Shown one piece after another: positions 13,354 through 27,600 of a stretch of DNA of 64,000 nt; position 1 is the stretch's first letter, and each line of letters opens with the position of its first letter. The notes under the pieces are model-generated. The model was not told the DNA's origin, made no database searches, and saw nothing but the letters and a program-made list of their open reading frames with translations. The stretch is from Acanthaster planci (lineage: Eukaryota). A program made the translations under genes and the position numbers. The DNA is taken from assembly GCF_001949145.1 (NCBI RefSeq), contig NW_019091362.1, forward strand, positions 62,001 to 126,000. Direction: 5' to 3'.

Positions 13354-13423
13354 CAGTGTCTACCCCTAGAATTGTGGGGTCTGACGTCCGTCATGCTCAC
13401 ATCAGTTCTGGGGGTAGATAGTG
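13354..13423. other. 70-bp imperfect hairpin (mini-MITE or structured RNA)
   Basis: CAGTGTCTACCCCTAGAATTG pairs with CAGTTCTGGGGGTAGATAGTG, and the inner TGACG pairs with CGTCA. Confidence 0.55.
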
Positions 13424-14879
13424 TCTACACGTGGCCACGCAATTTTTTTTTTAGGAGGGTCAAGGGCAGTTATTATTTGGGCGTGGTTTACTGCAAGCTG
13501 GATTAATTACGCAGAAACTTATTCAGTAAAGAAAATCAAGTTCGAAGGTACAGGTAAGTGTTGGGCTTTACATTATAAAAACATCCTCCAACCCATTCAA
13601 GTAGACTAATTCGCACCTTACCACTTATGAGCTACCGTGCAACTCGGTAGAGAAAGTAATGTTGTACATATATTTTTATACCTAAACTTGAGTTCATCCA
13701 GGCCATTGATGATAATTGCCTCCAACCTTCCTTTGAAAAATATGCCTGCACAAAGGTGCAGATAGGAACGTTTTATAATAATTATCCCTACCGGTAGCCC
13801 ACCTCCTAAATGCCACACGGCCACCATTCTTATTTGAGCGAAGGCCAGACCGGCCCCTGATTTGTCATCGGCACATAAAAACGAGTCAAGCACGTAGCCG
13901 TGGGCCGTATGGCATTGCATGCGTTGCTTTTTAATAACGTTGATGTTTCTCAAACTGGGGAAACAATGCGTAACACAGTTCCTAGTGCTCTCCGTGGGTT
14001 CAGGCACCTTTAATCCGTGTTTTCAGGGATTTGAACTTAAGTCTTGGGGGTCGAGGGGGTTTAACAACCCAAGCTGAAATGCATCCTCACCAGCAAAAGA
14101 AAGACAGATTGTACTAAGTTTTCCAACTGGGTTCTTGCACGCATTCAGTGTGCATACGTTCCGGGTACCATACTGGTACATTCCAGACTAAATTTGTTGC
14201 ACGCATCAAACGCACATTTACATATGTTCCTACGTGTATGCGGTGAATTTGTACCAAAGGACTGTCAATTTCATTTCAAAAACGCCCTCTTTTGTTCCTG
14301 CTCAGTATGGATAAAGCCTGTACCATCACATGTACAGGTACATGTATATCTGCAAAAAGTATTTTTTTCCATGTGTATTTTAATTTCTTAGATGGGCAAA
14401 CTGAATCTATCCACTGTCTGTCCATGCATGGGTACCGTATACATGTGTAAATCCAGCGAACTGTAGAGTTCATGTCAACAGACTGATTTTTATTTGACAC
14501 TGGGCTTTGATGGGCCCATTTTGGGGGGTAACAGTGTGCTGTCTTGTTTGTCTTCAGCTGGGGTTACTGCAGATGCATGACTCGAGGTTCCTGACAAAAT
14601 ACCTCGATGGCCGTTGATTTGATAACATACTTCACACAAGACAAATCTTGCCAAAATAAACGGTAAATTTTAAGTTTAATTCTAACAATCCTTTGTTGTC
14701 TCTGTGTGCATACATATGTACATGTCGCTTGATTAAAGCGAAGCATTTTACTTTTGGCATCACTTTTTGTGAGGTACATGTACCTGTAAATGTACAGCTT
14801 TTGTGACAACCTGTGCATTAATGTTCAACTGTGACCAACAGAGGGCAGCATACAAGGTGCCCACTACCAGAGGATCAAG

Positions 14880-15050
14880 GACGGACAAGAGCAGAAATTC
14901 TTTGGTTATTAAGATGGTGTGAGCAGTAGAGGGCAGTATAAACTTTGTAGTGATGTGTGGATTGGAATAACCAAGAATGTCATTCTAAATTTTCTGGCCT
15001 AAGAAGATGTTTCGGCCTACATGTAGATAACACTGAAAACGTAATATATT
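14880..15050 (+). mobile_element. Possible Penelope-like element 3' remnant
   Basis: GAGGGCAGTATAAACTT...GATGTGTGG resembles the NRD.G.Y.L..VW C-terminus of PLE GIY-YIG ORFs. It is followed by CTAAGAA-GATGTT...AACACT-GAAAACGT, resembling a decayed PLE terminal hammerhead-like motif. Confidence 0.25.
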
Positions 15051-15788
15051 AAGTATACGTGTACTGTTTATCCAGTCCATGGTATATTTACACACTGGTA
15101 GATGTGTAGACCAAGCCACACTTGGTTTTTAGGCATGTTGGATCATTGCTACCGTAGATGCTGACCTTTCAGCATAGAAAAATGCTACTTTGGTGTTTTG
15201 TGCTTTATGCTGGAACATACATGTATACATTTATGCACATGTGCCGGGTATGTGTATTACTTAAGATGTGGGTGAAGTGTTGATATTCTGGCGTATGCAA
15301 TATGGGGGAAGACTCTTTAACACACTGGTACTGGTGCATGTATGGTATGACTATTGGTTATAATGCAGAGATCTTTGCTGTCATTGAAGGCCCCTTGACT
15401 GCCCCTCGCCATCTTGAGGTGTGTTTCTCTTATGTGGTGACACTATACAGGTTGTACACATTCCGTCGAAGTTACATGTAGTCCAGCACACTGTGTGCCA
15501 TACCAGTGTAGACATACATTTGCTTAAGTAGGCTATATCGCATTGTCTACCGTTACCAGTACCGGTACATTCTAAGCCAATAAACTTCTCCCCAAAAAAG
15601 AGACCTAAATGTACATTTACATCTTCACAAATTTCAGCAAATCGTTTTCAAGGTAAAGTGTGCTTCTAAATAATAGGGAACATGAACATACTGTACAGGT
15701 ATACTCAGAATATTCATTTGCCTGGTTTTAGGAGATGTCAATATTTTTCAAACCATATAACCTTCATCTGATATTTTTCTGTGTTTAG

Positions 15789-15858
15789 GAAAGATGACAA
15801 AGACCACGACAAGAAGAAGGATCATGAGAAGAAGAAAAAATACAAGACCAAGACAGAG
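15789..15858 (+). CDS. 70-nt coding exon of the host gene (charged N-terminal region), probably NCKAP5-like
   Basis: Acceptor TTTTTTCTGTGTTTAG| and donor |GTAGGA. Purine-rich; reads (x)KDDKDHDKKKDHEKKKKYKTKTE and ends in phase 0, in frame with exon 31924. Confidence 0.7.
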
Positions 15859-18800
15859 GTAGGAATGGCCTTGAACTGTTCAGCAGCTACTGATTGATTG
15901 GATGTGCATAGTAGTGGTCTTGGCAGAAGTTGCAAATATCAAAGGACGTGTACATGTACATGTATTGGGAAGGTTAGCATCTTGCTGAGAACAATTCTTA
16001 TTGTGTAATATGCTTCTGATCTAATTTAAAGTTTTCTCATCAAATTTGTAAAACAGAGATCCTTGAAAACATTCTGCTGAGATCCAAAAGTCGGACCCTC
16101 CAATTTTTTTCTGATAGTTTACTTGTTTTCTCGGAGTGACAGTTTGAGCAATATTCACTACTGCTTGAAATCACCTGGCATGTTACTCACCAATGCACAC
16201 CTTTTCCTGATTCCTAGGCAATTTATGGTACAGTATTGTGCTATGTTGAGTAATGCATTGTTTATACCCGTAGAAAGTGCTGTCTCAGACACACAATATA
16301 TTTTTGTGGGAAGAGTAGTTTTCCAGCTGCCAAGTTCTAAATAAAACCTGCATTTTGCAACATGTATACATACATGTACATGCACAGTTTTTCAGCCATA
16401 TCCTTTATCATGCAGTGCTATAAAAATAGAAGTTGGTCCAGCCATTTCTTCTTGATTTCTTCAGAATTCTGATATTCAGCATGTTGAAATTGCATACATG
16501 TACAGTATGTATTAAATTTATGTACGGGGGGTGGGGGTATATGTACAGACAGCTTGCCTTGAATGTATTTCAAGCCATTCAGAGATGAGATCTATGTACT
16601 TAACAATACCCATACTCTTGATTCCTTCTCTTGTACATGTACATCTTTGATAATACCCCACTGACGTTAACCAGTCCTAAGCCATTTTTCGAGTGACTTT
16701 GGACCATTCCCATGAGACACCATTCTTCCCATCCGCTACTTCACCCTGAGCTTGTCAACATCCCTCCACTTGTTCTTCCTGTAGTCTTTTGAGCTTGGAT
16801 TGCCTAGTTGGACAGCCATAATGTCCAGGGAATATTCTTTTGAACTCTCTTAAAGAGCATTGAAGTTTATGGGGATCTTAAATGCCTAATCCTATTTGTC
16901 AGATCAATCAACTGGCATTTCTGTCCCCACATTAGCCATTTCTCAAGGAGTCTTTGACAAAGATGTGTTTCAACTACATGTACATGTACATGTATGAAGT
17001 GTGTCAGCAGTATATATCCAGCATTTCTGCTAGTCATGGGTATTGTTATGCGCAGTTGAGTATATTTGTATAGTGTCTGTGCATTATAAATGTTCCTTAT
17101 AATTATTATATCCAGGTTTTTATAGTAGTTAAATGTATTTAGACGTACAGTATGTGCTCTTTGTTTGCAATTTATTAAAATGGAAACATTTTTGAAATTT
17201 TTTAAAAAAGCTACATGTACATTTATATACTTGGTTACCAGTACATACATGTACATGTACCGGTATGAGTTTATTTTGTTAAGTTTATTTCAGCCTTGGT
17301 TTTTGCAGATTGAATATGGAGTCTTTTTGTAGGCCTAGTTTATTTTAACGATCACATTTAGTTTCCGGGTACTTTTGGACATAACATGTGACAGGATTTG
17401 AAAAACAGAAGTAGAATTTGGAAGAATACTGATACATGTACATGTACCGTTATTTTGGCTAGGGCTTTGGAAATTATGATTGAAGTGAATTCCGTAGTTG
17501 ACAAGGTTACCGGTACATGCAGAGTGGTGTTATAAAAAGATGCAATTTAATTTGTGGCAGCATCTTAGTGCCTATCATTTATGATGAAAAAAAATCTTGT
17601 TAGGACTTGAAGAAATTCAAGGATGCAAATTGAACTTGCTTGGATGTTCGTCGCCTAATTCGATTTCTGCTGAAGCAGTATTTTTTTTACCAGGGTTACA
17701 GTGTACCAGAAAAAGCATGAGGAAATACCGTATGTAGCAATGGCCTCAATCTTGTTAGTACTGGGAGAGTTTGAACTTTCTCCCTTGCCACAAATCCTGG
17801 TGCATCTGAAAAACAGAAACAGCTGGTCGTGTCTAGGTACGTGTCAGGGATTGCTATTAATAAACGGTATCATGCCTCCATAAATCCTGCATTATTTCCA
17901 CGTGCATGGCTCATAAGTTTATTACACGGAAGACGGTAAGACTGCCATCGGGAAAAGAGCAAAGAACTGCGAAGAAAATGGAGGAGGGCCACAGAAGATG
18001 AAGTGCCTTCAGGCCCACAAGCCAGGTATATCTAATACGATAAGCTCTTCCCCCTAACATTCCTTCACTCAAGGAGTGGGGCAGGCCAGGGCCTCACTGA
18101 GATGTCTCTCCTCTCTCGACTTTGAGGTGGATGTACACCAAAACACGGTTATGGGCAGGATGATGCTAGCCATGATTGGACGATAAAGAGAGATCTGTTC
18201 ATCTCCGTTCAAAAGTTCATCAGAGAGGGAGAGAGGCACTGAGGGAAATATTGTGCCATCTTGGTGTATGCAAGATTGAATGGGATATGCTCTCTCAAGG
18301 AGGAGGTAGGGGTACTTCGTCGGGTGGTGGCTAGGATGTGATTAAAGAAAAAGCTGGACAAGATGATCAGACCTCACGTCCTGGATTTCATCTTCAGCAT
18401 CTGCATGGCGAAGTATTGATGGTGAATTTGTTATCCTTGATTGGCCTTTCTTGATGACAACTTGAATCACTCATTTCAGAGTTCATCCACCGTAAGAACA
18501 TGGTAAGGAACAGTTTTTGAGTTTCGTACAAATCAAAGAATTTCTGATGTGTTTGACCGACATGTATTTGAATATGTATGTATTCACAGTACATTGCATT
18601 TGAAAGTTAACACTGTAAACTAGTGGGAAATTTTGTGAAAAGAATTCACTGTTACATTCTTCCATTTCACATGGTGGGGAAGTGATTTCCCACTTGTGTG
18701 AAAACGTTCTCTCACTTGTGCAAAAACTGTGAAAATCTCTTACCACTTGTGTGAAAATTTGTGAAAATCTTTTCTAATACCTGTACTTCAGGAAAAGTTT

Positions 18801-21249
18801 TAATTTTTTGTGAAATTCAAATGAATTCCCTGGGAAAAGAATTCCCCAATCCAAGGTGGACTTTCATTTTCATGTGTACATGTAAGTGTTTGAAGATCCT
18901 TTTCTCCATCTTGACACTCCACCCCAACTTGCACAGACAAAGGAACGGGTGAGGAGCCATTGTTCCCACATTAAACAAGGTTTACATTTTGACCCCCAAC
19001 TTTTTTTTCCTGCTACATATAGCTAGCACTTTTGCTTGCTTGACATACATGTACAGGTACAGGTACACTGTATGTATCTTTCATGTGTTATTTTGCCTCC
19101 CCTCACTTGTACGTGCATCTACATGCACAGCTACCGGTACTGTATACATGTAAGTATGAATCAATGAGAATGTAAGATTTCATTAATTATTACCCTTGAG
19201 TGCATATCTGGCATGGAAAAGTTGGAAGGAAGCCCTTTTTTCTCTTCAGGAATTTGTCGCCATCATGACAAATTATTAGTTTGTTTATGGATCTAAAAGA
19301 AAGTTCATTCTTTAAGGGGTCCAATTGGAAAACACCCACAGAGTTACACATTGGGTTTGTATTAGCAAATTGCAACATCACAGACTTGAATTTGTTTAGG
19401 AGTTCATCGAACATGGCTGCTCATTCTTATTTTTTCACTTTTTTTTTTTTGGTATAATTTTTTTTAGCCAAAAAGCATGTGATCCTTTAGTGGGAATCTG
19501 AAATGTGTGGTATTTAAAGAAATAATTCTTCATGCTAAACAGACTTAATATTGAAAAAATTACAGCAAGTTCTGTAATGGCACTTTCCTGTCAAGCTGTA
19601 GGCATTGTGTGTGTCACACTATACATGCACCAGTACATGTTAGATTAAAAGCAGTACATCAGAGGTTTTCTTCATATGTGCAAGTGTGTACATTGTGCAC
19701 TTTGCTTTACTAGGCATGGCATTGTTTTTCTGCAACATTGAATCCAGTCTCATTCATTTCACCCTTTCATTCTGCCGTAACCATGGCCAAACAACCAAAC
19801 CAGTTAATACCCGTTCCTTTCATGAATGCCTCCAAGAAAGAAGGCCAGTTTTTTCCCGTTCCAAAGTTCACTTGAGGAGAGATGTAAAGATAATTTGCTG
19901 GATCACAAATATAGAATGGAAAATGCCTAGGGCTGATTGAGTTGGTACGTGCCACACATAGGGAGACTTATTTTGTTAATACCGGTAAGTTTATTCACTT
20001 GGCCTGCCATGTGCTCAGAGAACTAGGGTGTGCAGGATGAATGCTACTGAACTTTGAATCAAGTCTCACTGGTGAAAAGAACCACTGTAGAACATAGGCC
20101 TCACAGTCTTCATCCTTTGATTAATTTGCCATAATTCAATTCCATTTAACTTCTAAATAATGTATGCACCTGTACCAGTACCGTACATCCTGTGCCATCT
20201 TCAAACCTGCCAGAAGCTACAAAAACATCCCTGACAAGTATTTTTCAAATTCAAGACTTTTTATATATATCAAAATTTACTCATGAATTATTACAAGAAA
20301 ATTTCATGGAAAAATAGAGCATAGCTCTGATTTAATTAATTAAAATGTGGTATACATTGTTGATCTGTTGTATGCACCTGATCATTTTGTTTGTTCTTAA
20401 ATGTCTTTATCTCGGCACAAGTGATAGGAAGTGCCATATACATGTAGTAGTGTTTGTGCAAAAAAGTTGTTAATTTTTTCTTTTGAAAAGTTTTGTTATC
20501 CAAAACACGTCATACATGCATTTCAAAGATCAGAATAAACCGATGATGCTTTAATATTTGCCTGAAGTTACATTAATAATTCAGTGCTAAAAGTTATCAA
20601 GCTACAACAAACTGATCATGAGCTTTTTTTTCAAAATACTGAAATGTGAGATAAGACTTTTCTGCACTAACATGACAAATTTTTCATACATAACAAATTG
20701 TTTATTTTGACCTATTCAATTTTTTGAGCAAGCAGATTTAGTTGTCTTCTAACAAGTGTTTTCCTTGCGTCATTGTCCAGTATCTTAGAGTACGTGTACT
20801 TGTACAACTTGTGCTTCATTTAATTAAAAATTCAAAGTAGTCTAACAGTGACTCCATAGAAGTATTGGCTTTTTGTGCTGACAGGTACATTTAAGTTCAC
20901 TACAGTACAAAATCCTAAAGTAGAGATTGCTCCATGCAGTTAATCTCAAGTAAAACAAGCCATTCTTTGATAATATTGTTCTTTTCTTTTTTCCCCCACA
21001 TCTCACGTATATGAAAGAAGCATTCATCCAGTTTCTTTTATGTGTAGATTGTGTCCATCAGTGGGAACCAAATTTAATAACAGGAAGCATAGTGCATGTA
21101 ACAATAGAAATGAAGAAATTCAAATCTAATAAACACTGTAGTTGATCTTAACTCACATGTTCATCCATTTGGTGACTGGTTTTGTCCTCGGTAGTGTTGA
21201 ATTCATGCGCATAGAATTAAAAGGCTGGGTACGAAATCAATTGGCCAGA

Positions 21250-21691
21250 GCCAGAATATCTCTGCTATTGTTTGTGATGCTTTCATTGTATAGAAACGGA
21301 TCGTTTAAGGCAACAAGACGGGTGTGTAAAGAGTGGACGATGCCGCACGTTTTTAACAGCTTAATTGCTGACAAGCGGAACTCAGGCAGTAGTATGCATC
21401 CTCTGTAGTGGCCCTTACAGGAGAGAGACTGAATTCTCTAGAGCTTGTTAATATCGCTGTGTGCGTGTATTGGCAAATAAGAAGTGTTCTGGGTGTCGTG
21501 GAATTCCTGTGAGAATTAGTCCATCTACTGGTACATTACCAGAGTTCATCGGTTCTTCATCTGGATGGGTTATGCATGGATTCTCAGTTTGAGATGTTAC
21601 TCTTATATCATGTTATGGACAGTGTCAGGTGTATTTGAGAGTTAATATTGTTTTGAGCACAACTTTACGTCCCTTCGCCAGGGCATCCATG
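21250..21691 (+). other. Candidate alternative first exon ending in ATG|GTAAGT (start coordinate approximate)
   Basis: Locally CpG-richer segment. Consensus donor GTAAGT at 21692 directly after ATG (21689-21691), with an upstream in-frame stop. Phase 0 matches exon 31924 (M-EQMDKQ...). Confidence 0.45.
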
Positions 21692-23039
21692 GTAAGTAAA
21701 TTTGTTATGCTAGCAATTATTCATGCTCATAAGTCAGTCAAATTACAGAGTTGACCGTGCTGTTGTCATTCATTCCCTTGTAAGTCCATCTCAACTGAAG
21801 GGGAAAAAAATCCCACCCATTGATTTTGTTGTACCTGAGCTAGTGTGCATGAAGTACATACTTGTTACTGTAAACTGTAAGAACATTGTTTGTCTTTAGT
21901 GCCTTATTTACGAGTATGGTATTTGTAACAAACTTTTCAGAATTCATTTTTTCGGTCTTTTAAGAAATGTGAAGATACTCAAAGTGTTGGAAAGCTGTGT
22001 TGTGTAGACCTTTACACATCAGTAATATTTTTATTTGAAAACAGTGTGCTGAGCTCATGGTGTAGCCTGCATGTGTCAGTGTGTATACATATCACCTAAA
22101 TATTTTGTCAGAATTCTTGAGTTAGCCCCATGTGACAGTGATTTAGAAAATCCCAAATAGGTTTGAGGAGTGAACCAAAGTGGACCACTTTAGGGTGCTT
22201 TGAGGACTAAAGCCATGAAACAGCATTTACACAAACTTCATGAACATTTACCGGTACATGTACTTGTACCAGTATGTGCATGTTACTGGAATCATCATTG
22301 ACATTTTTGAGGCATGCACTTAAGAATGTGCAGATGTTGATGACATTGATTTGGCTGTCACATTTCTAGTCATGTTTTAAGCCGCAAGGAATGTTTCCAA
22401 GACAATTTTTCTGCAACTTTGTACTCTTCTTTCAATATATGAAAACTCTGTGACACTTACTGTACATATAGATTCCTATTTAGTTAAATGCATTGAAAAA
22501 TGCACTTTTTCAGACACTTAAAATTATCTGTGCTTTCTTGGACAACTGATTGCGCTGTAGCTGTGATGTCATCCAGGGAAGATAGAGTTCAATGCATATG
22601 TTTTTCTGTTAAAATTGTTAACCCAGAATTAACTTATTGAAAACATTTCTGAGAAAAGGACTTACATTTACTTATTGCCATGCACATAAACAACAATGAC
22701 TCAGCAAAACAGAACATTTAGTCCAGTAAAATCTACAAAAATGCAGCTGGGTCTTTTATTTGCACAAATCCGTGTAACATTTCGGCTGACATCACAGTTT
22801 TAAAAATACTCATTAGCACAAAACCATAAAGGCAGTAAAATAACCTTTGAAATTGTGAAACAGAAGTTGTAAATCAGGTCAACTGAGACACAAAGGTGCG
22901 TTTTTAAGGTTTGTATTAAGACACGTTGATTGCAGCTACCCTTTAAACTGCAGCATGCATATTATGAGTTGTTATACTAGTGCTTGTGGATCACAGAATA
23001 ATGTTGTATGTCTGTGTGCCATGTATCACACTGTATTAT

Positions 23040-23215
23040 GTGTTATGCATACAGTGCATAAGTGTAAGGGCAAAACCCAAAATTTAAAATGAACATCTCC
23101 CTGATGCTAAGTACATCTCGAAAGTGCAGTAAATTGTGGTACCTGTATCTCTCCTCTTGGATTGCCAATGGCTTTTCTAATGCACCGGTACATGTATGTA
23201 GATGGCGCCACTTGT
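23040..23215 (+). repeat. 5'-truncated copy (or local duplication) of the tail of the tRNA-derived repeat
   Basis: Highly similar to 24439-24623 over about 175 bp (GTGTTATGCATACAG...GATGGCGCCACTTGT). Confidence 0.85.
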
Positions 23216-24286
23216 TAAGTGTAAAATAGTGCAGTATACCTGTACATGTATGCTGAGTCAGAATACCAGGTGTGATACAAACCCTGCGATGCAGTAATAT
23301 GTCACATTGTTTGCTGCCATGGATCAACCAATCAGAGTTCAGGATGCAAGTTTGCTTGAAGATAAACTTGTACACCTACTGGTCAAAGATACATGTATTG
23401 TTTAGAATAAATATGTTAGTCTATACAAACAGTAACAAGCCATTCTAACACAGAGAAGTAGGTTCCAAAAGAAGTAACAGCTGTAGGATTTTGGTATTGA
23501 GTACCACTACCACCTCCAGGAAAAGCCTTTGATAAATGCATTTTTATGCCGTGTTCAACCGGCCATGAAACCTCATTCATAACAAAGAATAGAAAAAGAG
23601 AGGGAGAGATACCAAAAAACCATAAATACTTAACGCTTGCAGTAAAAGCCTCAAGGAATACTACCCCCTGGGAAAGGTGGGGGAAAATTTCATTCAGAAT
23701 GTGAATTGAAAATATGATACATGTTGCCACGCTTTCTCTCTGCATAACTGCCGCTGGGACATACCCACAACACACATACCGATGCAGCCAAGATTGTAAG
23801 TGCTGCTGCCTGCGGCCATTCAGTAACGATTGGGATGAATTCGGATCCCGATAAGGCAGCCACTACTCTTGTTATTCCGTCTGGAAACAAGCTTCAAGGC
23901 ACTGGCATACTATCACAGGGATAAGTCTTAATTATTGGATACGTGTTGTGGGCAATGTTGAAGGGTAGCTGGTTTGTTTGCTTTGATACGTGCTATAGTG
24001 GAGGAAAGGCAACAATCTATTACTGGTGCGCATGTATTAGGTATCTTTAGTACGTGAAATCTGGTTGAGGCATGTACATGCACCAAGCACCACTTACGAA
24101 CTTAAAGGATGATTCTTGGTGGGAAATTGTTGTACAGGCATTTTATGAAAATGGGAGGAAAGAGGAAAACACATCCTGTTTGTACATGTCTGTGTGTCTA
24201 TGTAGCATTGGGCTCTAGCGGTAGGGGAAGGAAAAAGACCCAACATTTAGATGACAAAATTAGCAGTGCCCTCGCTACATACCGGT

Positions 24287-24623
24287 ATCTGACTTAGACC
24301 AGCCAGCTGACCCGGGCAAGCTCGGTGGTCGAGCTAAGACATCTGCACTAGTAAGCAGGAGGTCCTGGGATTGACTCTCACCTGGGTAAGCTTGTGAATT
24401 CTTTGCAAGCTCTAGCTTGGGCAAACACAGGGTATACAGTGTTATGCATACAGTACATATATGTAATAAGTGTAAGGGCAAAACCCAAAATTTAAAGTGA
24501 ACATCTCCCTGATGCTAAGTACATCTTGAAAGTGCAGTAAATTGTGGTACCTGTATCTCTCCTTCTGGATTGCCGATGGCTTTTCTAATGCACCAGTACG
24601 TGTATGTAGATGGCGCCACTTGT
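24287..24623 (+). repeat. tRNA-derived (SINE-like) interspersed repeat, copy 2 with long tail
   Basis: GGCAAGCTCGGTGGTCGAGCTAAGACATCTGCACTAGTAAGCAGGAGGTCCTGGG aligns with copy 1, as do the upstream leader and the GGGCAAACAC...GGGCAAAACCCAAAATT body. Confidence 0.75.
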
Positions 24624-27600
24624 AAAAAGGATTTGCATTAGCATGGTACATGTGGATCTACACGGTAGCCGAGTAGTTTCATCCAAGTTATCAAGATTTC
24701 CAAACCAAGGACACACCCTAGGTGAATGTTGTAAGGTGTACATGTACATGTACATGTATATAGGTATTGGCCATACCCCTTCACTCTCTTCTGCTTTCAT
24801 CAAAATTTGCTAAGGGTTGAATGCTCCTGCATCTGCAGCATCTGCATTTGATAAGCAACATTTTTAAATTTACATGTATGAGGTACAAAATGACTACAGA
24901 TAAAGAGATTTGTAACTACCTTTATTATTTTGTTTTAAATTACAGAGAACACTTTAGTTTGGGTATATCTACATCATTACTACAGTTACTGAGTTGGACC
25001 TTACCGGTACTTAAATCCAAATCAAGGGTGCAAACACTAAGTAATTTTTGCCTTGATCTGTTGATAGGGACCTGTTATTAGAATGAGTTTTATATTGTTG
25101 CCTATACTTACCGCACATGTACATCATTGTACATGTATATTTGAATTGAGTAATTATATGTGATGTCATGATCTACCTTACCACCACTCCTGCAGCATTG
25201 TACTTCTTGATCATTGATGTGGAGCTATTCAGATGGACAACACTGGGGCCGGTCACGCTGGTGCCAAAGATTCACTGTTGCCACCCGAGGGCTGAAACGC
25301 AAGCCGTGTCCACCTTCGATCCATCCCTGTCGCTTAGAGTAGAACTTGGAAGGGGCATACCATATACACCTGGTTAATTAAACTCAGGGAGGGGAGAAGG
25401 GGATGCTGGTTGGCTTATGGTGCTAGCCTCAGAAGCTTGTTTGCCTGTTTCTGTTTGAGGTAAAGGTTGGAGAGGTAGTGGTTGGAGTCTGATGGGGGGT
25501 TATCACCTGGGCCAGCTGGGTTGCGGGGTTGGGGTTAATACAGCCTGAGGATTTGGGAACTCTGCCAGTATATTAGCCCTGATCTCTTGAAGAGAAGAAG
25601 GTTGTTTCCAGTTGTGATGCAGCAGGAAGCTAATGGAATTCTACATGTATACATTGGAACTTGAGAAGGTCCTGTTTTCTGCAGTCGTACCCTGTTTGCT
25701 GGATTCAAACCTGTATGAAATCTTCTCAAGTATAACGTACACCAAGACTGACGCTGTTCAGCAAGAATGAACCAAGAGGAAAACATGCATCAATTCTACA
25801 ATGTAAGATTATTGTCTGTGGCAGCTGACCTTACTGGTACAGGTACATGTAGCTGATATATTGAGACCCAGCAGCCAGAAGAATGATGGAAGAAAAAGAG
25901 CAGAGAAGAAATGAATGCTGTCAGCAATTCTCAAAGGTACATGTAAGTACATTCATATACAAAACAGGATTGCAGTTTGGATGGCATTGGTTTGAATCAT
26001 CGTAGAAAAACAGGTATCCGCTTAGTGGGAACAAGAGAAAAGTATTTTATACGGAAACCACAGTCCTCAAAACTCACTGGTTGAGCATGAAGGGCTTACA
26101 GTGTTTATCACTGCACACTGACTATGTGAACCGATTTATGTTGGAACTTACATGTACCGTACCGGTATGGTCTTCCCGGGTGCCTCGGGCATGTGCACGA
26201 GCTCACATGTAAAACTTCCTGCAAGCCTGTCTCCGTTGCCTGTGAGGGTGCACTTCAACCGAGGGCATACAGATTGTTAGATGAGACTAGTTCAGATCCA
26301 ATTGCATAAGTACATGAACATACAGTACATGTACATGTATATTGTGTTTAAGTGCATGAACGTATGCCTTACTCACGATACCCATCAGTACACATACATT
26401 TTTACTTCAGAAATACAAGATCATAAACATGTTCATTTACTGTGATGTTTATTCATTTGAAGACCTCTGATGATGAACCTTGCACCATTTACACGCAGTG
26501 TTTGAATGTACATGTATACGTACAATATGTAATCGAAAAAGTGTTGTGCTCTTACATGCACTTAACGTTGAAGAGTCAACTCAGCTTTTTCCTTCTGTAA
26601 TATTGTGCAAACCTTTTCTTTGCTGTTTTGCTATCAGTATGCATTTATTTGTTGTGTTGATTGATCGCAGGAGTTTCTCCCATTTTAAAGTTAAGCATTC
26701 TAATAATTTTTCTTTGAAATTTTGTGGTTAAAAGTTTACGTGCAGTTGAGAGACCTGGAGTCTTTGAACCCTTGACTCACGCCATGAATCAGATAAGCAC
26801 AGCATCTGCCCACAGCAAATCACGCCACATACATGTACGTGTATGTATTAACCTGCTTAAATGCTAATCCCTCGGTTCCTATACAACTGCTTGTTGTTTG
26901 ACATCTTTTTGAAGATTTGTTCACCTTTTTGTTTTCTTTGACAACCTTGTTTTCAGCTGTGCCATTATATTAATTATGAAGTGTCATTTTTTTATTTGTA
27001 GAGCCAGCTGACTGCTCATTTGAGGAGAAAATACATTACCGCAGTCTTGGAGGGAAGCTTTTTTTTTATTTATTAAAGTTGCCGTGTTTTTGTCTTACTA
27101 CCGTGGACTGTACAGTTTGTGTGAGTGCTAAGGCTTGCATGAGTTGCTGCAGGGTATTGAACTTGCTTCATGCCATCTGTCATGCTGAGATGCTTGTGCG
27201 TTTAATTCATCTTGTTTTTTAATGATTAACATGATGACTCAAGTGTTCCTTCTGGGTAGTGTTCGTGAACCAGTACTTCCAAACCACTCAAAAGTGCCCT
27301 TTCTCACTCATTTGTCAAGACTTGTCCTGTATTTGGATTTCCACACCGTAGCTTAATTAAACACAGCTGTGAACTACAGGTAAATGAGCTGACATCAACA
27401 TTTTCCCCAATTAGTTTTACTTGTAATAGAAGTCAGCCAAAATCCAGCACTGTGTGCACTCATCCACTGGTGCATTGTTTGGTTCATTAAACTGATCATT
27501 CGTCCCAGTCTTCATTGAAATACTGCAGAACATAAAGCCAGTTTTTTTGGAGCTACTGGTAGCAAGTTTATACAAGAATGAAATTGCCACAAAAACCGGA

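Noticed and set aside
17900..18025. Purine-rich possible exon (..HREKSKELRRKWRRATEDEVPSGPQAR)
   Set aside because: No convincing acceptor, a weak donor and no recognisable homology; probably a repeat fragment.
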